IMG/VR virus record: IMGVR_UViG_3300005436_000501
Span: 1 to 64,000 of that record
DNA from: a virus
Length of the DNA: 64,000 bases
Reading direction: 5' to 3' (one strand)
Part shown: in pieces, positions 51,808 to 62,838 of the stretch
Numbering within the stretch: position 1 is the stretch's first letter
Layout: the number at the start of each line of letters is the position of its first letter
The notes under the pieces: model-generated
Told to the model about the DNA's origin: nothing
Database searches by the model: none
What the model saw: only the letters and a program-made list of their open reading frames with translations
Translations under genes and position numbers: made by a program

Positions 51808-53415
51808 GAGTGACCGCCAGGACTTCGGTGAGCAGCGCCTGGAACTCCGGGCCGTCGATGTCCGCCGCAGTCCACGGCCCAACTGCGTCGGTCACCCGGG
51901 GCCGGCGCTTCATCGGGTGCTTCTCGGCGAGGTGACCGAGCAGATCCGGATCGGCAGCCCCAGCCGGCGTCGGGTCGACGCGCTCGCAGTGGCGCAACGC
52001 GGCCACCCCGACCGCGGCGAGCGCCGCGAGGATCAGCAGCAGGACCATGCCGTGCAGCAGATGCGTCACGTGGCACCGCCCTGCGCGGCCTCACGGGTGA
52101 ACCGGGTCGCCAGTGTGAGGACCTGCACGACCGCCTCGGAGATTTGCGCGTCGCTCGGCGGGCCACCGAACAAGTCCACCCCGGGCGGATCGATCGGCTC
52201 GGGCAGCACCTCCGCGGGCACATGACTGTCCCGGCCACGGTGCGGCATCAACCAGCCGGGATGCGTCGGCCCGAACACCTCCGACACGGTCACCGGGCCA
52301 AGGTCCGGGTCGAACCAGGGCGCGTCGCCGTCGAAAGGCTCGGCAGCGAGCAGATCCGCAGGCTCGACGCACAGCACCGGATCGGGGAGCGTGGCGGCCA
52401 CCGGCTGCACGTCGCGGTCCCGAGTCAGGTAGCACCAGGCCGCGAACCGCAGCCACGGACCCACCCGGCGGCGCACACCCGCAGCCACGGACACACCCAG
52501 GTTCGACAGCGTCCACAGGCCCGCGCCGAACACGACCACGGCGAGCCCGACACCTGCCTTTGCGGCGGCCGGCAGCGTCCCGGCCTCGTGGAGAGCATGC
52601 GAGAACGTCACGGCGCACCGTCGCCCGGGCCGGAGGACTCCGTGAAGTGCTGCCTGGTGACCTCGTCGGCGTGCTTCGAGGCGCGGCCCATACCGAGCGC
52701 GAGCACCAAACCGGCGCAGGCCAGGACGGCGACGACGATGACGGCGATCCACGCGGCGCTCACGACGCCACCGCCTCGTTGGCGCCGCTCTTGAGCACCC
52801 GCGCGCGCTCGGCGAGCAGCATGTCCAGCGACGACCAGCGCAGCACGTGGCCCGGCGTCACCTCGTCCGCGATCTCGACCTGCACCGTCGGGCTGACCAC
52901 GTACGCCGACAGCGCCCGTGTGCGCTGGCGGAGATACGCCTCGACGTTCGCCCACGCCTCATCGACCGTCGTGGACGGGCCGTCGGCCGCGAGATCCGAG
53001 TAGCCGATGAAGCTCTCGCCCTCCCGTGGCACGGTGCGCTGCACACGCGTCGGGATGTGCCGCGGGAACAGGAAACGCACGACACGCAGGAACTCGGCCA
53101 GGTGCCGCGTGTCCGCCTCGCTCGGCTCGAAACCGAAGTAGGCGGCGAACTCAGCCCGCCGCTCCTGCGCGGTCCAGCGCCAACTCGCCTTCTCGATCTG
53201 CGACCACAAGTCGTCGTCGGTCGCCGCCCGCTCGGCCTCGTCCGTCGTTGCCGTGTCGGGGCGCTGGGATGCGGTCAGCGCCAGCGTCGCGTACGCCTGC
53301 GCGATCCCGGCCGCCACCTCCGAGATCCGCATGTCGCGCGGGTCCTCGGTCAGGTGGCGGGCAGCGGTGTCCGCGAACTTCTCGGCCTGCTGGCCGTACC
53401 AGGTCGCGTCCGCCA

Positions 53416-54333
53416 TCACGCACCCGCCTTCGCTGTCTTGCGCGGACCGGAGACGAAGTACAGTGAGTACCGGTCCGGGAAGTCCGGGCTCGGCCGGAAA
53501 TCCAGCACCCGATCCCCGCACTGCACCCGACCGCCCTCATCCGGGCGCAGACCGTCGAGCGCGCCCTTCAGGCGGCTGGACCTGTCGGTCAGCTCCTTGA
53601 TCTGCTTGCGGACCTGCCACAACTCCTCGGCGAACTTCGCCGCGTCCGGGTCCTCCACGAGCAGCACGGACAGCCGATCCCGCTCGGGAACGTGCCCCTG
53701 CCAGCAGATCCCGCCGTCCTCACCCCCGAACGGGCAGCCGCGGCAGAACACCGAATCCGGGTCGTGGTCGCGCGGCAGCATCCCCAGCTCGGTGTCGCGG
53801 ATCTGCGCGAGCCACGTGAACGCGTCCCGCACGTGCCGAACGTCGAACGGCCCGGACCACACCCACTCCTCGCCCGTGTCGCGGGCGAGGTAGTCCAGCT
53901 GGACGCGCTCAACCGGGTGTCCCTCGGCGATCAGCGCGGCGCCGTAGCAGTTGACCTGCCACATGTGACTGATCTCCGGGCCGTTGAGCATGATGTGCTC
54001 AAGCCAGCGCGACGAGGTGGTCTTCGTGTCTGCGACCTTGCGCTCCGCGGCCTCGTACCGGTCGAGGTGGCCGAGGACTCCCGCGAAGCGCACCTCGTGC
54101 TCGACGAGGTCGTGCGGCCCCTTGGTGTCCTTGAGTACGTCGGCGACCATGTCGTGGATCGCCGACCCCATGACGGCCTGCACGCTGCCGGACGGGTTGA
54201 CCGGCTCGGTGCCGGCGAGCTTGTAGCCCACGCGGCGACGGCACGAACCGAGATCGGACATCCCGATCTCGCGCTGACGGCTGCGCGGCCGCCGCTGGTC
54301 GGCGATCAGCAGGAGCTCTGCGGTGGTCGTCAC
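53416..54333 (-). CDS. Cas4/AddB-like PD-(D/E)XK exonuclease (RecE role)
   Basis: SDLGSCRRR, GSAIH, GHLD, DTKT, QVNCY, CRGCPF...C (4 Cys). Confidence 0.85.
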   Translation of the reverse strand: MTTTAELLLIADQRRPRSRQREIGMSDLGSCRRRVGYKLAGTEPVNPSGSVQAVMGSAIHDMVADVLKDTKGPHDLVEHEVRFAGVLGHLDRYEAAERKVADTKTTSSRWLEHIMLNGPEISHMWQVNCYGAALIAEGHPVERVQLDYLARDTGEEWVWSGPFDVRHVRDAFTWLAQIRDTELGMLPRDHDPDSVFCRGCPFGGEDGGICWQGHVPERDRLSVLLVEDPDAAKFAEELWQVRKQIKELTDRSSRLKGALDGLRPDEGGRVQCGDRVLDFRPSPDFPDRYSLYFVSGPRKTAKAGA

Positions 54334-55226
54334 GGCGCGTCGCCGATCGTGCCCTGGACGCCGCCCATGGCCGGGTCGTGCTCGTCGTCGTAGTGGCCGG
54401 TCTGGCCGCATTCGGTGCACACGTTCATCTCGCGCGCCGGGTCGGCGGTCTGGGTCTGCTGCGTGAAGTCGAACTCCTCGGCGATGCGCCCGACTTCCGC
54501 GCGCGCGGCCGCCGGCTCGACGAGTTCGGCCTCTTCGATCACTGTCGCCGCAGGCGCGGCTGGCGTCGGGTCGGCGGTGTGGAACACGCCGGGGGCGTCC
54601 TCCCCCTGCTCGTCGTCGAGTTCCTCGCCTTCGGCGTAGAAACCCATCGCGACCTCGGGGCAAATGAACCTCGCGCAGTTCGAAACCGCACGGGCGAGGG
54701 TCATACGGCGCGGGTGCGCCTTCCAGATGTCCTTGTTCGCCAGCCCGGCGGTCTTCGCGTCGTCGAGGTCGAACTTCTCCGTGTGCATCGCGCCGGTGTC
54801 GCCGCGCACGATCGTCATACGGCAGTGCCGCTCGTCGTGGTCCGGCTCATACCGGTGGTCGGCGCGCGAGCCGCCCGGCTGGTGCTCCTCGCCGGCGCCG
54901 TCGCACGTCTTGCACGGAACGAACGCGCGGTGGCCGGCGCGGCGCAGCAACGCCAGCCATGTCTGTGCGGCGAGCGTGGGGCGGCTGTTGACGACGTAGA
55001 TGCCCTGGATCGACTGCATCGGGGCCAGACCGACTTCCTGCCCGTAGAGCAGGATCGCGAGCACGTCGGAGGGCTTGCCGCGCAAGTCCTTAGGCATGAG
55101 CCCGGCCATGGCGAGCGCCTGGGAGAGCCGGTAGGCCTCGTCGAGGCCCCTGAGGGGAACTCCGACATTGACGGCGATCTTCTTCGGTTGACGGGTGGCG
55201 ACTTCGGTGCTGGTAGGCGTGCTCAC
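54330..55226 (-). CDS. recT: RecT/Bet-like single-strand annealing protein
   Basis: PKDLRGKPSDVLAILLYGQEVGLAPMQSIQGIYVVNSRP...AKTAGL...WKAHPRRMTLARAVS. Confidence 0.85.
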   Translation of the reverse strand: MSTPTSTEVATRQPKKIAVNVGVPLRGLDEAYRLSQALAMAGLMPKDLRGKPSDVLAILLYGQEVGLAPMQSIQGIYVVNSRPTLAAQTWLALLRRAGHRAFVPCKTCDGAGEEHQPGGSRADHRYEPDHDERHCRMTIVRGDTGAMHTEKFDLDDAKTAGLANKDIWKAHPRRMTLARAVSNCARFICPEVAMGFYAEGEELDDEQGEDAPGVFHTADPTPAAPAATVIEEAELVEPAAARAEVGRIAEEFDFTQQTQTADPAREMNVCTECGQTGHYDDEHDPAMGGVQGTIGDAP

Positions 55227-57338
55227 AGCGACGCCTCCTTCCTTCGTTGGGAGGCGGCCCGCTGGGCGGAGCCGGGGATGGTGAACACGCCGAGCGGTTC
55301 GGCGTTCTTCGCGTCGACTTCGAGGGCGTACATCTCAACGTCGAGCGACAGGCCGGCGAGCGCCTCGTCCAGGGTCGCCAACGCGGACTCCGCGACGGCG
55401 GGCCGCGCGTCCGGGCCGCAGGACTGGGCCCGCGACATGTCGTCCTGTGCGTCACGTGCGACCCGCGCCAGATCCAGCAGTTCCGCGAGCCCCTCCGGGC
55501 AGTGCGCGAGCGCCAGTTCCAGCACCTGCAACGCGACCTTCGCGGTGATCTCGCTCACGGGGCCACCGCCTGCGGGTCGTACACCGCGCGGTAACCGGCG
55601 AACTGGCCGAAACTACGGGTCGCGGTGAACCGGCCGCCGATCCCGGCAACCGGAGTCACCCCTAGGCGGTGCGCGATCTGCGCAACCATCTGGAACCCGT
55701 CCAGGTCGGTCTGCGCCGTGACCCGGTACTCCACGACGACCCGGTGCGGCAACGGAACCTGCGACTGCGCCACGGCCGCGAGCAGGTCCAGGACGTCACG
55801 CACCCGCGGACCCTGCGCAGCGATCTCCGTCTCCGGGGCCAGCGTCACAGCGCACCCCCGGCGGACCCGCCGAGCGCGACGACGATCAGGGCGTCCGCGA
55901 GCTGCCAACACCACACCCGGTCGCCGAACAGCACCGCCCCGCCGACCGTCTCCACCCGGCCGGCGTGCGCCTGCGCGACCCGCAGCCACACGTCCCCGGC
56001 CGACTCGCCGCCGCACAGCACGTAATCGCCGGGCAGTACCTGCGTCGGGTTGAGCGGCACCAGGTCGCCGTGCAACGGCTCGTCCAGGGCCGTGTCCACC
56101 GCCGCAGGCATCGAGTCCGGCAGGTGCAGCGCCGCAGGGGTCTCGTCGAGGGCGGTCACCGGGGCTCACCGCCCTCGGCCGGCTCGTCCGAGACGCGGCG
56201 CCCGCCGATACACCCGGGCGCCGTGTCGTCCCCGTCGGGCCCGTTCTGAGCGCCCTCCGGGTCGGCGGGGACACGACGCGGCAACGGCTCGGCCGCGGCA
56301 GGCGCCTCGTCGGGCATCGGGGGAGCGGAACCGCCGCCATCCGGGTGCACCGGGGACGCAGGGGCTGCAACACCGTCGGCGATCACGGAACCGCCGCCCG
56401 GTCCGACCGCACCCTGCGCCCGCGAACGGGACCGCGCACGCGGGTCCGGCATGTCATCGGTGATCCTCGGCAGGCCGACCAGGGTCTTCTCGCTCAGGTC
56501 GTGCGCGTTCACCCACACCGCGCCGACGCTCTGCCCCAACTGCTCGGGATCCAGGCCCACCTTCACGCCGGTGATGTCCTCGACCTTCACGGCCGCCTCG
56601 ATCGCCGCCGCCGCCTGCCCGGCCGTGCGCTGCGCCTCCCGCCTGCGCCGCTCGATCGCCGCCTCCTGCGCGGCCTCGGCGTTGGCGCCCTTACTGAACC
56701 CGTCCAGTTCGGCGCGCAACCGGTCAAGGCACTTGCGGTAGTCGAGCGTGTGGTCGTCCTGCAGGTCGAGCACCGTGCGGGCCAGGCGCCGCAGTTCGTA
56801 GGCGGGGTGCGAACCGGCCGGGGTGCGCGGCGCCGAAGCCGCCTGCGCCTTGTCGGGGCGGGTCAGGTGGCGGACCTCGGCACGCAGCGCCGAGAGCAGC
56901 CAGCGGGCCTGCTGGTCCGGGATGAACTCGTCGCGGCGGCGGCGGAACAGTCCCCGCCTGGCCTGCGGTTTGGGCTCTTCAGCGAACGCGTGTTTGTGCG
57001 AGCCCTGACGATCGGATACGGTTGGTTGTGAAACCACCGGTTAAACCCCCTTTTGATCCTGATGTGCTGGTGGTTGGATCGCCGCCTCGCCCGGGCTGCC
57101 TCCGGGCCTGGCGGTTTTTTCGTGCGCTACGCGGCGCGCGGGACTCCGCTTGCCGCCGCCTCCTCGGCCTCGCGCCGCATCAGGCGCGCCGCGGCCGGAG
57201 CCCACAGTTGGCGCATCCGCTCGACCAGATCGGTTGACGGCTCCGGCGCCTCGTCCACGCTGCGCGTGACGTCCGCGACCACCTCGGGGCCCAGCAGGGC
57301 CAGGAAGTACTCGTCGGAGAAGTCGCAGTCCGGGGTGC

Positions 57339-57671
57339 TCACGCGACCACGGCCTTGCGCGGCGTGGCCGCAGGTTCGCGGACGTCGACTAGGTCGAACA
57401 GGGCGTTTTCCGCGTCGGCGCGGCTGTGGCCCCGCTGCATCAGCAGGTCGGTCAGCGCGGCCTTGACCCAGATGGACAGGCCGATCTGCCCGTTGACGAT
57501 CTGCAGCAGGGTGGTGGAGTCGAGTCCGGCGGCCAGGCTGATCGCGGATGCGTTGGGCTTGCCGGTGCTGCGGGTGCGCAGCGCGGGCTCGTCGCCCGCG
57601 AGGATCTCGAGCGCGTCGGACTGCAAGACGTACATCTTGCGTCTGATGGCTGCCATGACCTGCCCCTTCAT
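57339..57671 (-). CDS. Cro-like DNA-binding protein, first gene of the leftward early arm
   Basis: NASAISLAAGLDSTTLLQIVNG HTH-like segment; position next to the operators. Confidence 0.6.
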   Translation of the reverse strand: MKGQVMAAIRRKMYVLQSDALEILAGDEPALRTRSTGKPNASAISLAAGLDSTTLLQIVNGQIGLSIWVKAALTDLLMQRGHSRADAENALFDLVDVREPAATPRKAVVA

Positions 57672-57673
57672 CG

Positions 57674-57726
57674 CTGAACTGATTCAGTTCAGTTCCGACT
57701 CTAGCACCTGAACTGAATCAGTTCAG
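57674..57726. promoter_or_regulatory. Two 19-bp palindromic operators flanking a leftward extended -10
   Basis: CTGAACTGA-T-TCAGTTCAG (57674-57692) and CTGAACTGA-A-TCAGTTCAG (57708-57726); minus-strand TGC-TAGAGT between them. Confidence 0.8.
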
Positions 57727-57953
57727 CAACTAGGCCGAGGCTGTGTGTTGCGAATCGGTAACGGGACGCAAGCGGCGCGCCAGGGCGGCCGGGACGTTTT
57801 CGCGCCACTTCGGCCGCACTCTCTGGCGCGCACGTCAGCCGTCTGTGACACTGCCCGCGCAAGGGGGAGTGCTCCGACCGCGCGCGGCGCCCGCTAGACT
57901 GACTGAACAGTTTCAGTCGGTGGCCGCCGCGCACCCGATGGCCAGCGCTCAGA

Positions 57954-58505
57954 ATGGGACGAACGATGCCCCCAGAGGCACGAGACCGACGCAGGGCGAA
58001 ACGCGGCGAGATCGCACAGCAATGGGCCCGCTGGCTCAAAGACGCACTCGCCGCACACCAGCCGCCCATGGCCGCCGCCGACCTCGCCCGCAAATCCGGC
58101 GGAGCCCTCGACACCGGCAAGATCACCCACTGGACCAACGGCGACAACACCGCCGCCCCCGACAGCGCCATCCTCGTCGCCCGGCTGCTCTGCCGGGACC
58201 CCGTCGACGCGCTGCGCGCCGCCGGACACCAGGAGATCGCGTCACTCGCCGAAGACCTGCGCCGCGACGCCCTGACCGCCTACATGAACCGCCAGGAAGC
58301 CGACATCGAGGACGACCCCTGGCTGCGCTGGCTCGACCAGGAGCTCGAACAGGGCGCCATCCCCAAGCCCGAATACGACCGGCTGCGCGAAGATTTCCTG
58401 GCGCGCAAACGCGAGAGCATCAGGCTCATGCGAGCCGACTACGCGGCAGCGCTGGTCCGCATACAACCCGAGGTGAACGGCGACGACGACCGGGCGGCAC
58501 GCTGA
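57954..58505 (+). CDS. Immunity repressor (XRE HTH)
   Basis: WARWLKDAL...AADLARKSGGALDTGKITHWTNG...P...VARLL...DALRAAGH; divergent from the Cro-like gene. Confidence 0.7.
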   Translation: MGRTMPPEARDRRRAKRGEIAQQWARWLKDALAAHQPPMAAADLARKSGGALDTGKITHWTNGDNTAAPDSAILVARLLCRDPVDALRAAGHQEIASLAEDLRRDALTAYMNRQEADIEDDPWLRWLDQELEQGAIPKPEYDRLREDFLARKRESIRLMRADYAAALVRIQPEVNGDDDRAAR

Positions 58506-58699
58506 CACCAAGGCTCTGACGCGTGGTCACACAATCGGGTGACGCCACTCCCGTTTGCGCCACCCGGAGCCTACTGTGACCAGTTGGTGACTAACCGTCC
58601 GACCGCGTCCGACACCCCAGTCCCCGGTGCCAGCGCCGTGTCATACTGGGCCGCCCGGCGGGCCGGCCCATCACCGCGGGAGCGAAGGGGAGAGCACTG

Positions 58700-59173
58700 A
58701 TGCGCGACCGAGCGGCCGACATGCCGACACAACCACTACCCGTGATCAGGCCCCACACCGAGTGCTGGCCGGGCAGCGGCGTGCTCGCGTTCCTCGCCGG
58801 CGAGGCATGGCTGGCCGCGGGAATCCTGCTCGCCGCGCAGGGCACCGTGACCGCCGCCGCGCCGGGTGGCGTACGCGTCGCGGTCTGGGTCAGCGTGTGC
58901 GCCTGCCTCCTGGTCGGGCTGCTCTGCGCAGGCGCCTGCATGGCATCGCTCGCCCTGAGCGCGATCCGCGCGGCCAAGCGCCCCCGGCGCCGGCCCCGCC
59001 TGGTACCCCCGCCCAGGGAGCAGTCCCTGGCCGCCTACCGGGACGAGTGCCGGGATCTCGCCGAGCGCGCAGCGCGCCTGCACGCCGAACCCGGCAGCCA
59101 GCAGCCCTACACCGGGCCCCGCCTGGTCGACGCCCGGCAGGTGCGCGACGAACACCAGGGCGCGGCGGGCTGA
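58700..59173 (+). CDS. Membrane protein in the lysogeny region
   Basis: Two hydrophobic segments; lies between the repressor and the integrase. Confidence 0.55.
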   Translation: MRDRAADMPTQPLPVIRPHTECWPGSGVLAFLAGEAWLAAGILLAAQGTVTAAAPGGVRVAVWVSVCACLLVGLLCAGACMASLALSAIRAAKRPRRRPRLVPPPREQSLAAYRDECRDLAERAARLHAEPGSQQPYTGPRLVDARQVRDEHQGAAG

Positions 59174-59175
59174 GC

Positions 59176-60681
59176 TCAGCGCAGCCAGTCGAACTCGTAC
59201 CGCTGCGGGGTGACCGCGCGCATCCCCTTGCCCCCCGGGAACAGGGTCACCCGCACCAGCCCCCGGATCGCCGCACGCCGCTGACGCATGTCGAACTCGT
59301 CACGCCACACCGTGCGCGCCCCCGGTCCCGCCAGCCGGCGCAGCACCACCGGCACCGTCGCGTCCCGCGCCCGCTCCCGCGCCGCCTCGATCAGCGGCGT
59401 CAGATGCGCCTGCAACGCCATGAACTCGCCGACCGGCAACGCCATCCGCCCGTCCCTCACCGTCGCCGCGAGCACCCGCGCCTGCGCAAGCTGATCCTCC
59501 ATCGCCGCCGCGTCCGCGAGCGCCGCCCGCACCGCGTCGCCGCCGTCCGCGGGCGCCAGCGACGCCGCGAACCCCGGCTGCTCCACCCGCTTGAACACCG
59601 CCATCGTCACCAGCGCGTCCAGGGCCGGCTCCCGCATCGACACCCGGTAGCACTTCCGGCACGTGTACGACCACCCGGCCGCCGACCGGGTGGGGCGCAA
59701 CACCCGCACCGGCTCCTCCGAACCCGGGGCCCGCGTCGCGGCGCACACCCCGCACAGCACCAGCGCGGACAGCAGGTGCGTGACGTCCGAGTCACGGTTC
59801 ACCCGCCGTCCGTCCGCCGTCAGGACCCTGCGCAGACCGTAGTAGGTGACCTCGTCGAGGATCGGCTCCCACGTCGCGTCGACCATGGTCTGGTGGTGCT
59901 GGCGTTTGCCGACGTTCGACAGCCGCAGCAGCAGTCCGCGCACCGCGAGCTGCGACCACTCTTTCGCGTGCGGCGCCGGCACGGCGCGCGCGTTGAGATC
60001 CTTCGCGATCGAGTACATCGACTCGCCCGCGAGGACCCGCGCCGCGCAGTCGCGCACCACCGCGGCCTGCTCCTCGTGCAGGACCTGGCGCAGCAGCGCG
60101 CCCGTGTCCGGGTCGTACTCGCGCCGCCACCCGTACGCGATCCGGCCGTGCGGGCGGCCGCGTTCCGCGTTCAGGCGCACGGTGCGCAGGTTGTTGTCGC
60201 GGATGCGGTCCACGTCGCGTTCCGCGAGCAGCGCGTCGAGGTGTGCGGTGAACCGGTCGTCGGAGCACTCCATGTCGAGCAGGCGCCCGTTGATGCACAG
60301 CAGGATCCCGCGCCGCTCGCACAGGTCTTGCAGCACCAGGTAGGAGCGGGTGTTGCGGTTGGCGCGGGAGGACTCCCACACCACCACCACGTCGCATTCG
60401 CGGACCTCGTCGTCGACGTCCAGGCGCCGGACCATCTCCTCGTAGTCCGGGCGGCCCCGTTTCGCGTAGCGGGACGCGGAGCGTCCCGGGTCTTCGAAGG
60501 TGTCGGCGACGACCCATCCGTGCGCCTCGCACAGGCGCCGGTTCTCCAGGTCCTGGTCGCGGATCGAGGTTCCGCCGCGCGGGTTCAGGCGCGAGTTGCG
60601 GTCGTAGATGAACGCCCGCAGCGGGGTGCCCGGTGCCGGGCGGGCGGCGGCGCCGGGGCGCCGGGTTCGCGGTTTCGCCAT
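59176..60681 (-). CDS. int: Large serine recombinase (integrase)
   Basis: YDRNS catalytic motif, D.GRSAS...RP, WESSR, YGW recombinase domain, LLSALVLCGVC...YTC zinc ribbon, coiled coil. Confidence 0.95.
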   Translation of the reverse strand: MAKPRTRRPGAAARPAPGTPLRAFIYDRNSRLNPRGGTSIRDQDLENRRLCEAHGWVVADTFEDPGRSASRYAKRGRPDYEEMVRRLDVDDEVRECDVVVVWESSRANRNTRSYLVLQDLCERRGILLCINGRLLDMECSDDRFTAHLDALLAERDVDRIRDNNLRTVRLNAERGRPHGRIAYGWRREYDPDTGALLRQVLHEEQAAVVRDCAARVLAGESMYSIAKDLNARAVPAPHAKEWSQLAVRGLLLRLSNVGKRQHHQTMVDATWEPILDEVTYYGLRRVLTADGRRVNRDSDVTHLLSALVLCGVCAATRAPGSEEPVRVLRPTRSAAGWSYTCRKCYRVSMREPALDALVTMAVFKRVEQPGFAASLAPADGGDAVRAALADAAAMEDQLAQARVLAATVRDGRMALPVGEFMALQAHLTPLIEAARERARDATVPVVLRRLAGPGARTVWRDEFDMRQRRAAIRGLVRVTLFPGGKGMRAVTPQRYEFDWLR

Positions 60682-60822
60682 GTCTCAGAGGGTAGCGCGC
60701 ACCTATGCGGGATCATTGGCTTCTCGGTCGAGAGCCGATGTATTGCGCGGTTCTGGTCGTGGGGTGCGTGCACCGATATCCGAACGGCCGCTGTTTCCGC
60801 TGGTCAGTGGCCTGGGAACACG

Positions 60823-60875
60823 AAAAAGCGCGCCCGTCCCCGCTCGCGCACGTGGCGCAAGGGGGACGGGCGCGT
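60823..60875 (-). terminator. Intrinsic terminator after the lysis region
   Basis: GCGCGCCCGTCCCC/GGGGACGGGCGCGT stem followed by a U5 tract on the minus strand. Confidence 0.7.
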
Positions 60876-60909
60876 GGCTCGTCGAGCTAACGGAGTGGTC
60901 GGGTCGTGC

Positions 60910-61389
60910 TCAGTGGTGCGTCAACGCGACGATCATGGCGACGATCGCGCCGAGCATCAGCACCACGGACACCGCGACCGTCCAGCCGGCGTTGAGCCCG
61001 GTGCTGCGGCCCTCGGTGCGGTCGATCCGCGTGGCCAAAGCGTCGATCTTGTCGGCGTTGGTCTGGATCTGCAGCAGCGCTTCGGCGCGGGAGATGAACG
61101 TCGCGGCCTGGTCGGACAGTTGCCCGCGGAACTCGTTGACCCCCTCGAATCTACGTTCTGCCGCGAGTTCGGCTTTGCTCACGGCCCGGTCGGCGGCCGT
61201 GAGCGCCGCGGCGACGGCCTCTTTCTGTGCGGCGAGCGCCGCGGTGACCGCGATCTGCTGGTCTGCGAAGCGCCGCTCGTTGAGTTTCTCGGCGGCTTCG
61301 ATCGCGAGCCTGCTGACTTCGGCGGCGTGTTGGATCGCGGCGTCGGCGTAGACGCGCAGGGTGTCCAGGGTCCAGCCGTCGTCCGGCAC
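60910..61389 (-). CDS. Coiled-coil protein with C-terminal TM segment
   Basis: AQKEAVAAALTAADRAVSKAE...RFEGVNEFRGQLSDQ; hydrophobic C-terminus. Confidence 0.7.
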   Translation of the reverse strand: MPDDGWTLDTLRVYADAAIQHAAEVSRLAIEAAEKLNERRFADQQIAVTAALAAQKEAVAAALTAADRAVSKAELAAERRFEGVNEFRGQLSDQAATFISRAEALLQIQTNADKIDALATRIDRTEGRSTGLNAGWTVAVSVVLMLGAIVAMIVALTHH

Positions 61390-61411
61390 GGCACCCCCGT
61401 CCGGGTGGTGG

Positions 61412-62365
61412 TCAGTCCAGGCGCCGGATGAGCGCGGGCAGGTTGAGGCCGAGCAGGGAAGCGCCGCCTGAGGGTGCGGGCACCGGGGTTCCCGGTGTGG
61501 CGGGTGTCGCCGCGTCGGCCGGGGGCCGGGCCGGGCGGCCGGGGTTTCGGTGCAGGGACTGCGGCGGCGGGGCCGGGGTCGTGCCGGGTGCGGCGGTGGG
61601 CGTGCTCGCGGACGGGGTGGGCGTCGGGGACGCGGGCGTGCAGGTGTAGTGCGGTGCGGGTGTCTGGCCGTCGGGGGCGCACGAGTACTGGTTGCCGCTG
61701 GGGTCGGTCCACGACCATCCGGCGGGCGCGCTGCCGGGGGCGCCCGCGGGTCCGGCGGGCCCTTGTGGGCCGGCGGGCCCTTGTGGGCCGGCGGGCCCTT
61801 GTGGGCCGGCGGGCCCCGGGGCTCCGTCCTGCCCGTTGCCGCCCGGGCTGCCGGGGGCGCCGGACGGTGCGGGGTTCGCGGCCATGTACGCCGCGACGGC
61901 CGCGGCGACCTGCGCGTCGCTCGGCGGCGGCCCGGGTGCGGGGGGGTGCGCGGCCAGGTACTCGGTCACGGCCGCGTCGATGACCGGGGTGGGTACGGTG
62001 CCCGCCGGGGGGTGCTGGCCGAGGTACACGTCGACGGCGGCCTGCACCTGTGCGTCGGACGGGCCCGGGCCCTGCTCGCCCTGGGGGCCGGGCGGTCCGG
62101 CCTGCGCGATGATCGACGCCGGGGGTGGCGCCGACGGGGAGATGCCGTGCGCTTTGAGTTGCTGCTCGGTCGTGCCCAGGGCCGCCGCCAACTGGGCGAT
62201 CGCGGTGCTCTGGACGCTGATCTGCTGGCCTTGCGCGTCCAACTGGTCGCTCGCGGCGCCGAGCCGGGTCACCATCCACACCAGCACCAGCACCGCGAGC
62301 AGCGCGAGCAGCCACACCGACGTCCACAGTCCGCGGCGCCGCACGACATCGCTGACCGGCCTCAT
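61412..62365 (-). CDS. Membrane-anchored collagen-like protein
   Basis: N-terminal TM segment, Gly-X-Y repeats, YSCAPD...YTC domain. Confidence 0.8.
   Translation of the reverse strand: MRPVSDVVRRRGLWTSVWLLALLAVLVLVWMVTRLGAASDQLDAQGQQISVQSTAIAQLAAALGTTEQQLKAHGISPSAPPPASIIAQAGPPGPQGEQGPGPSDAQVQAAVDVYLGQHPPAGTVPTPVIDAAVTEYLAAHPPAPGPPPSDAQVAAAVAAYMAANPAPSGAPGSPGGNGQDGAPGPAGPQGPAGPQGPAGPQGPAGPAGAPGSAPAGWSWTDPSGNQYSCAPDGQTPAPHYTCTPASPTPTPSASTPTAAPGTTPAPPPQSLHRNPGRPARPPADAATPATPGTPVPAPSGGASLLGLNLPALIRRLD
61752..61816. repeat. 18-bp tandem repeat encoding GPAGPQ
   Basis: ccggcgggcccttgtggg three times plus a partial copy. Confidence 0.85.
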
Positions 62366-62367
62366 CG

Positions 62368-62787
62368 CTAATGGATCCCCTTCGATGCGGCGAGCGCGGC
62401 CACGATCACCCCCGCGAGCGCGACCGCCACCGCCAGCAATCCGACCGCGCGCTGCCACGTGAATTCGCTGCGTTTCTCCCGCTCCGCCTTGAGCGCCGCG
62501 ATCTGCGCGCGGTTCTCGGCGCGCGCCTGCTCGATCTCCTTGTCGAGGTCCTCGCGCAGTTCCTTGACGTCGCGTTCGTGGGCGGTGCGCAGGTCGCCGA
62601 CGGCGCGTTCGATGCGTTCGCGGTCCACCACGGACTGCGCGATGTGGTCGGCGAGTGCTTTCTGTAGCGCCTGGTGCGCGGTCTCGTAGAGCCGCGCGGG
62701 TACGGAGTCCGTGGCGAGTTGCCGCTGGGCCTTGTCGAGGCGGTCGAGGTTGCGGGCGAGTTCGCCCAGAGTCAGGTCGTCGGCCAC
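62368..62787 (-). CDS. Coiled-coil protein with C-terminal TM segment (lysis region)
   Basis: [12 protein letters not shown]...; hydrophobic tail. Confidence 0.7.
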   Translation of the reverse strand: MADDLTLGELARNLDRLDKAQRQLATDSVPARLYETAHQALQKALADHIAQSVVDRERIERAVGDLRTAHERDVKELREDLDKEIEQARAENRAQIAALKAEREKRSEFTWQRAVGLLAVAVALAGVIVAALAASKGIH

Positions 62788-62838
62788 GGGCGGCCTCTCT
62801 CGTTCGGCCGGGGTCCGGGGCCGACGGGTGGCGCGTGC

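Noticed and set aside
53416-54333. CRISPR-associated cas4
   Set aside because: No CRISPR array or other cas genes in the window; adjacency to recT indicates a recombination exonuclease
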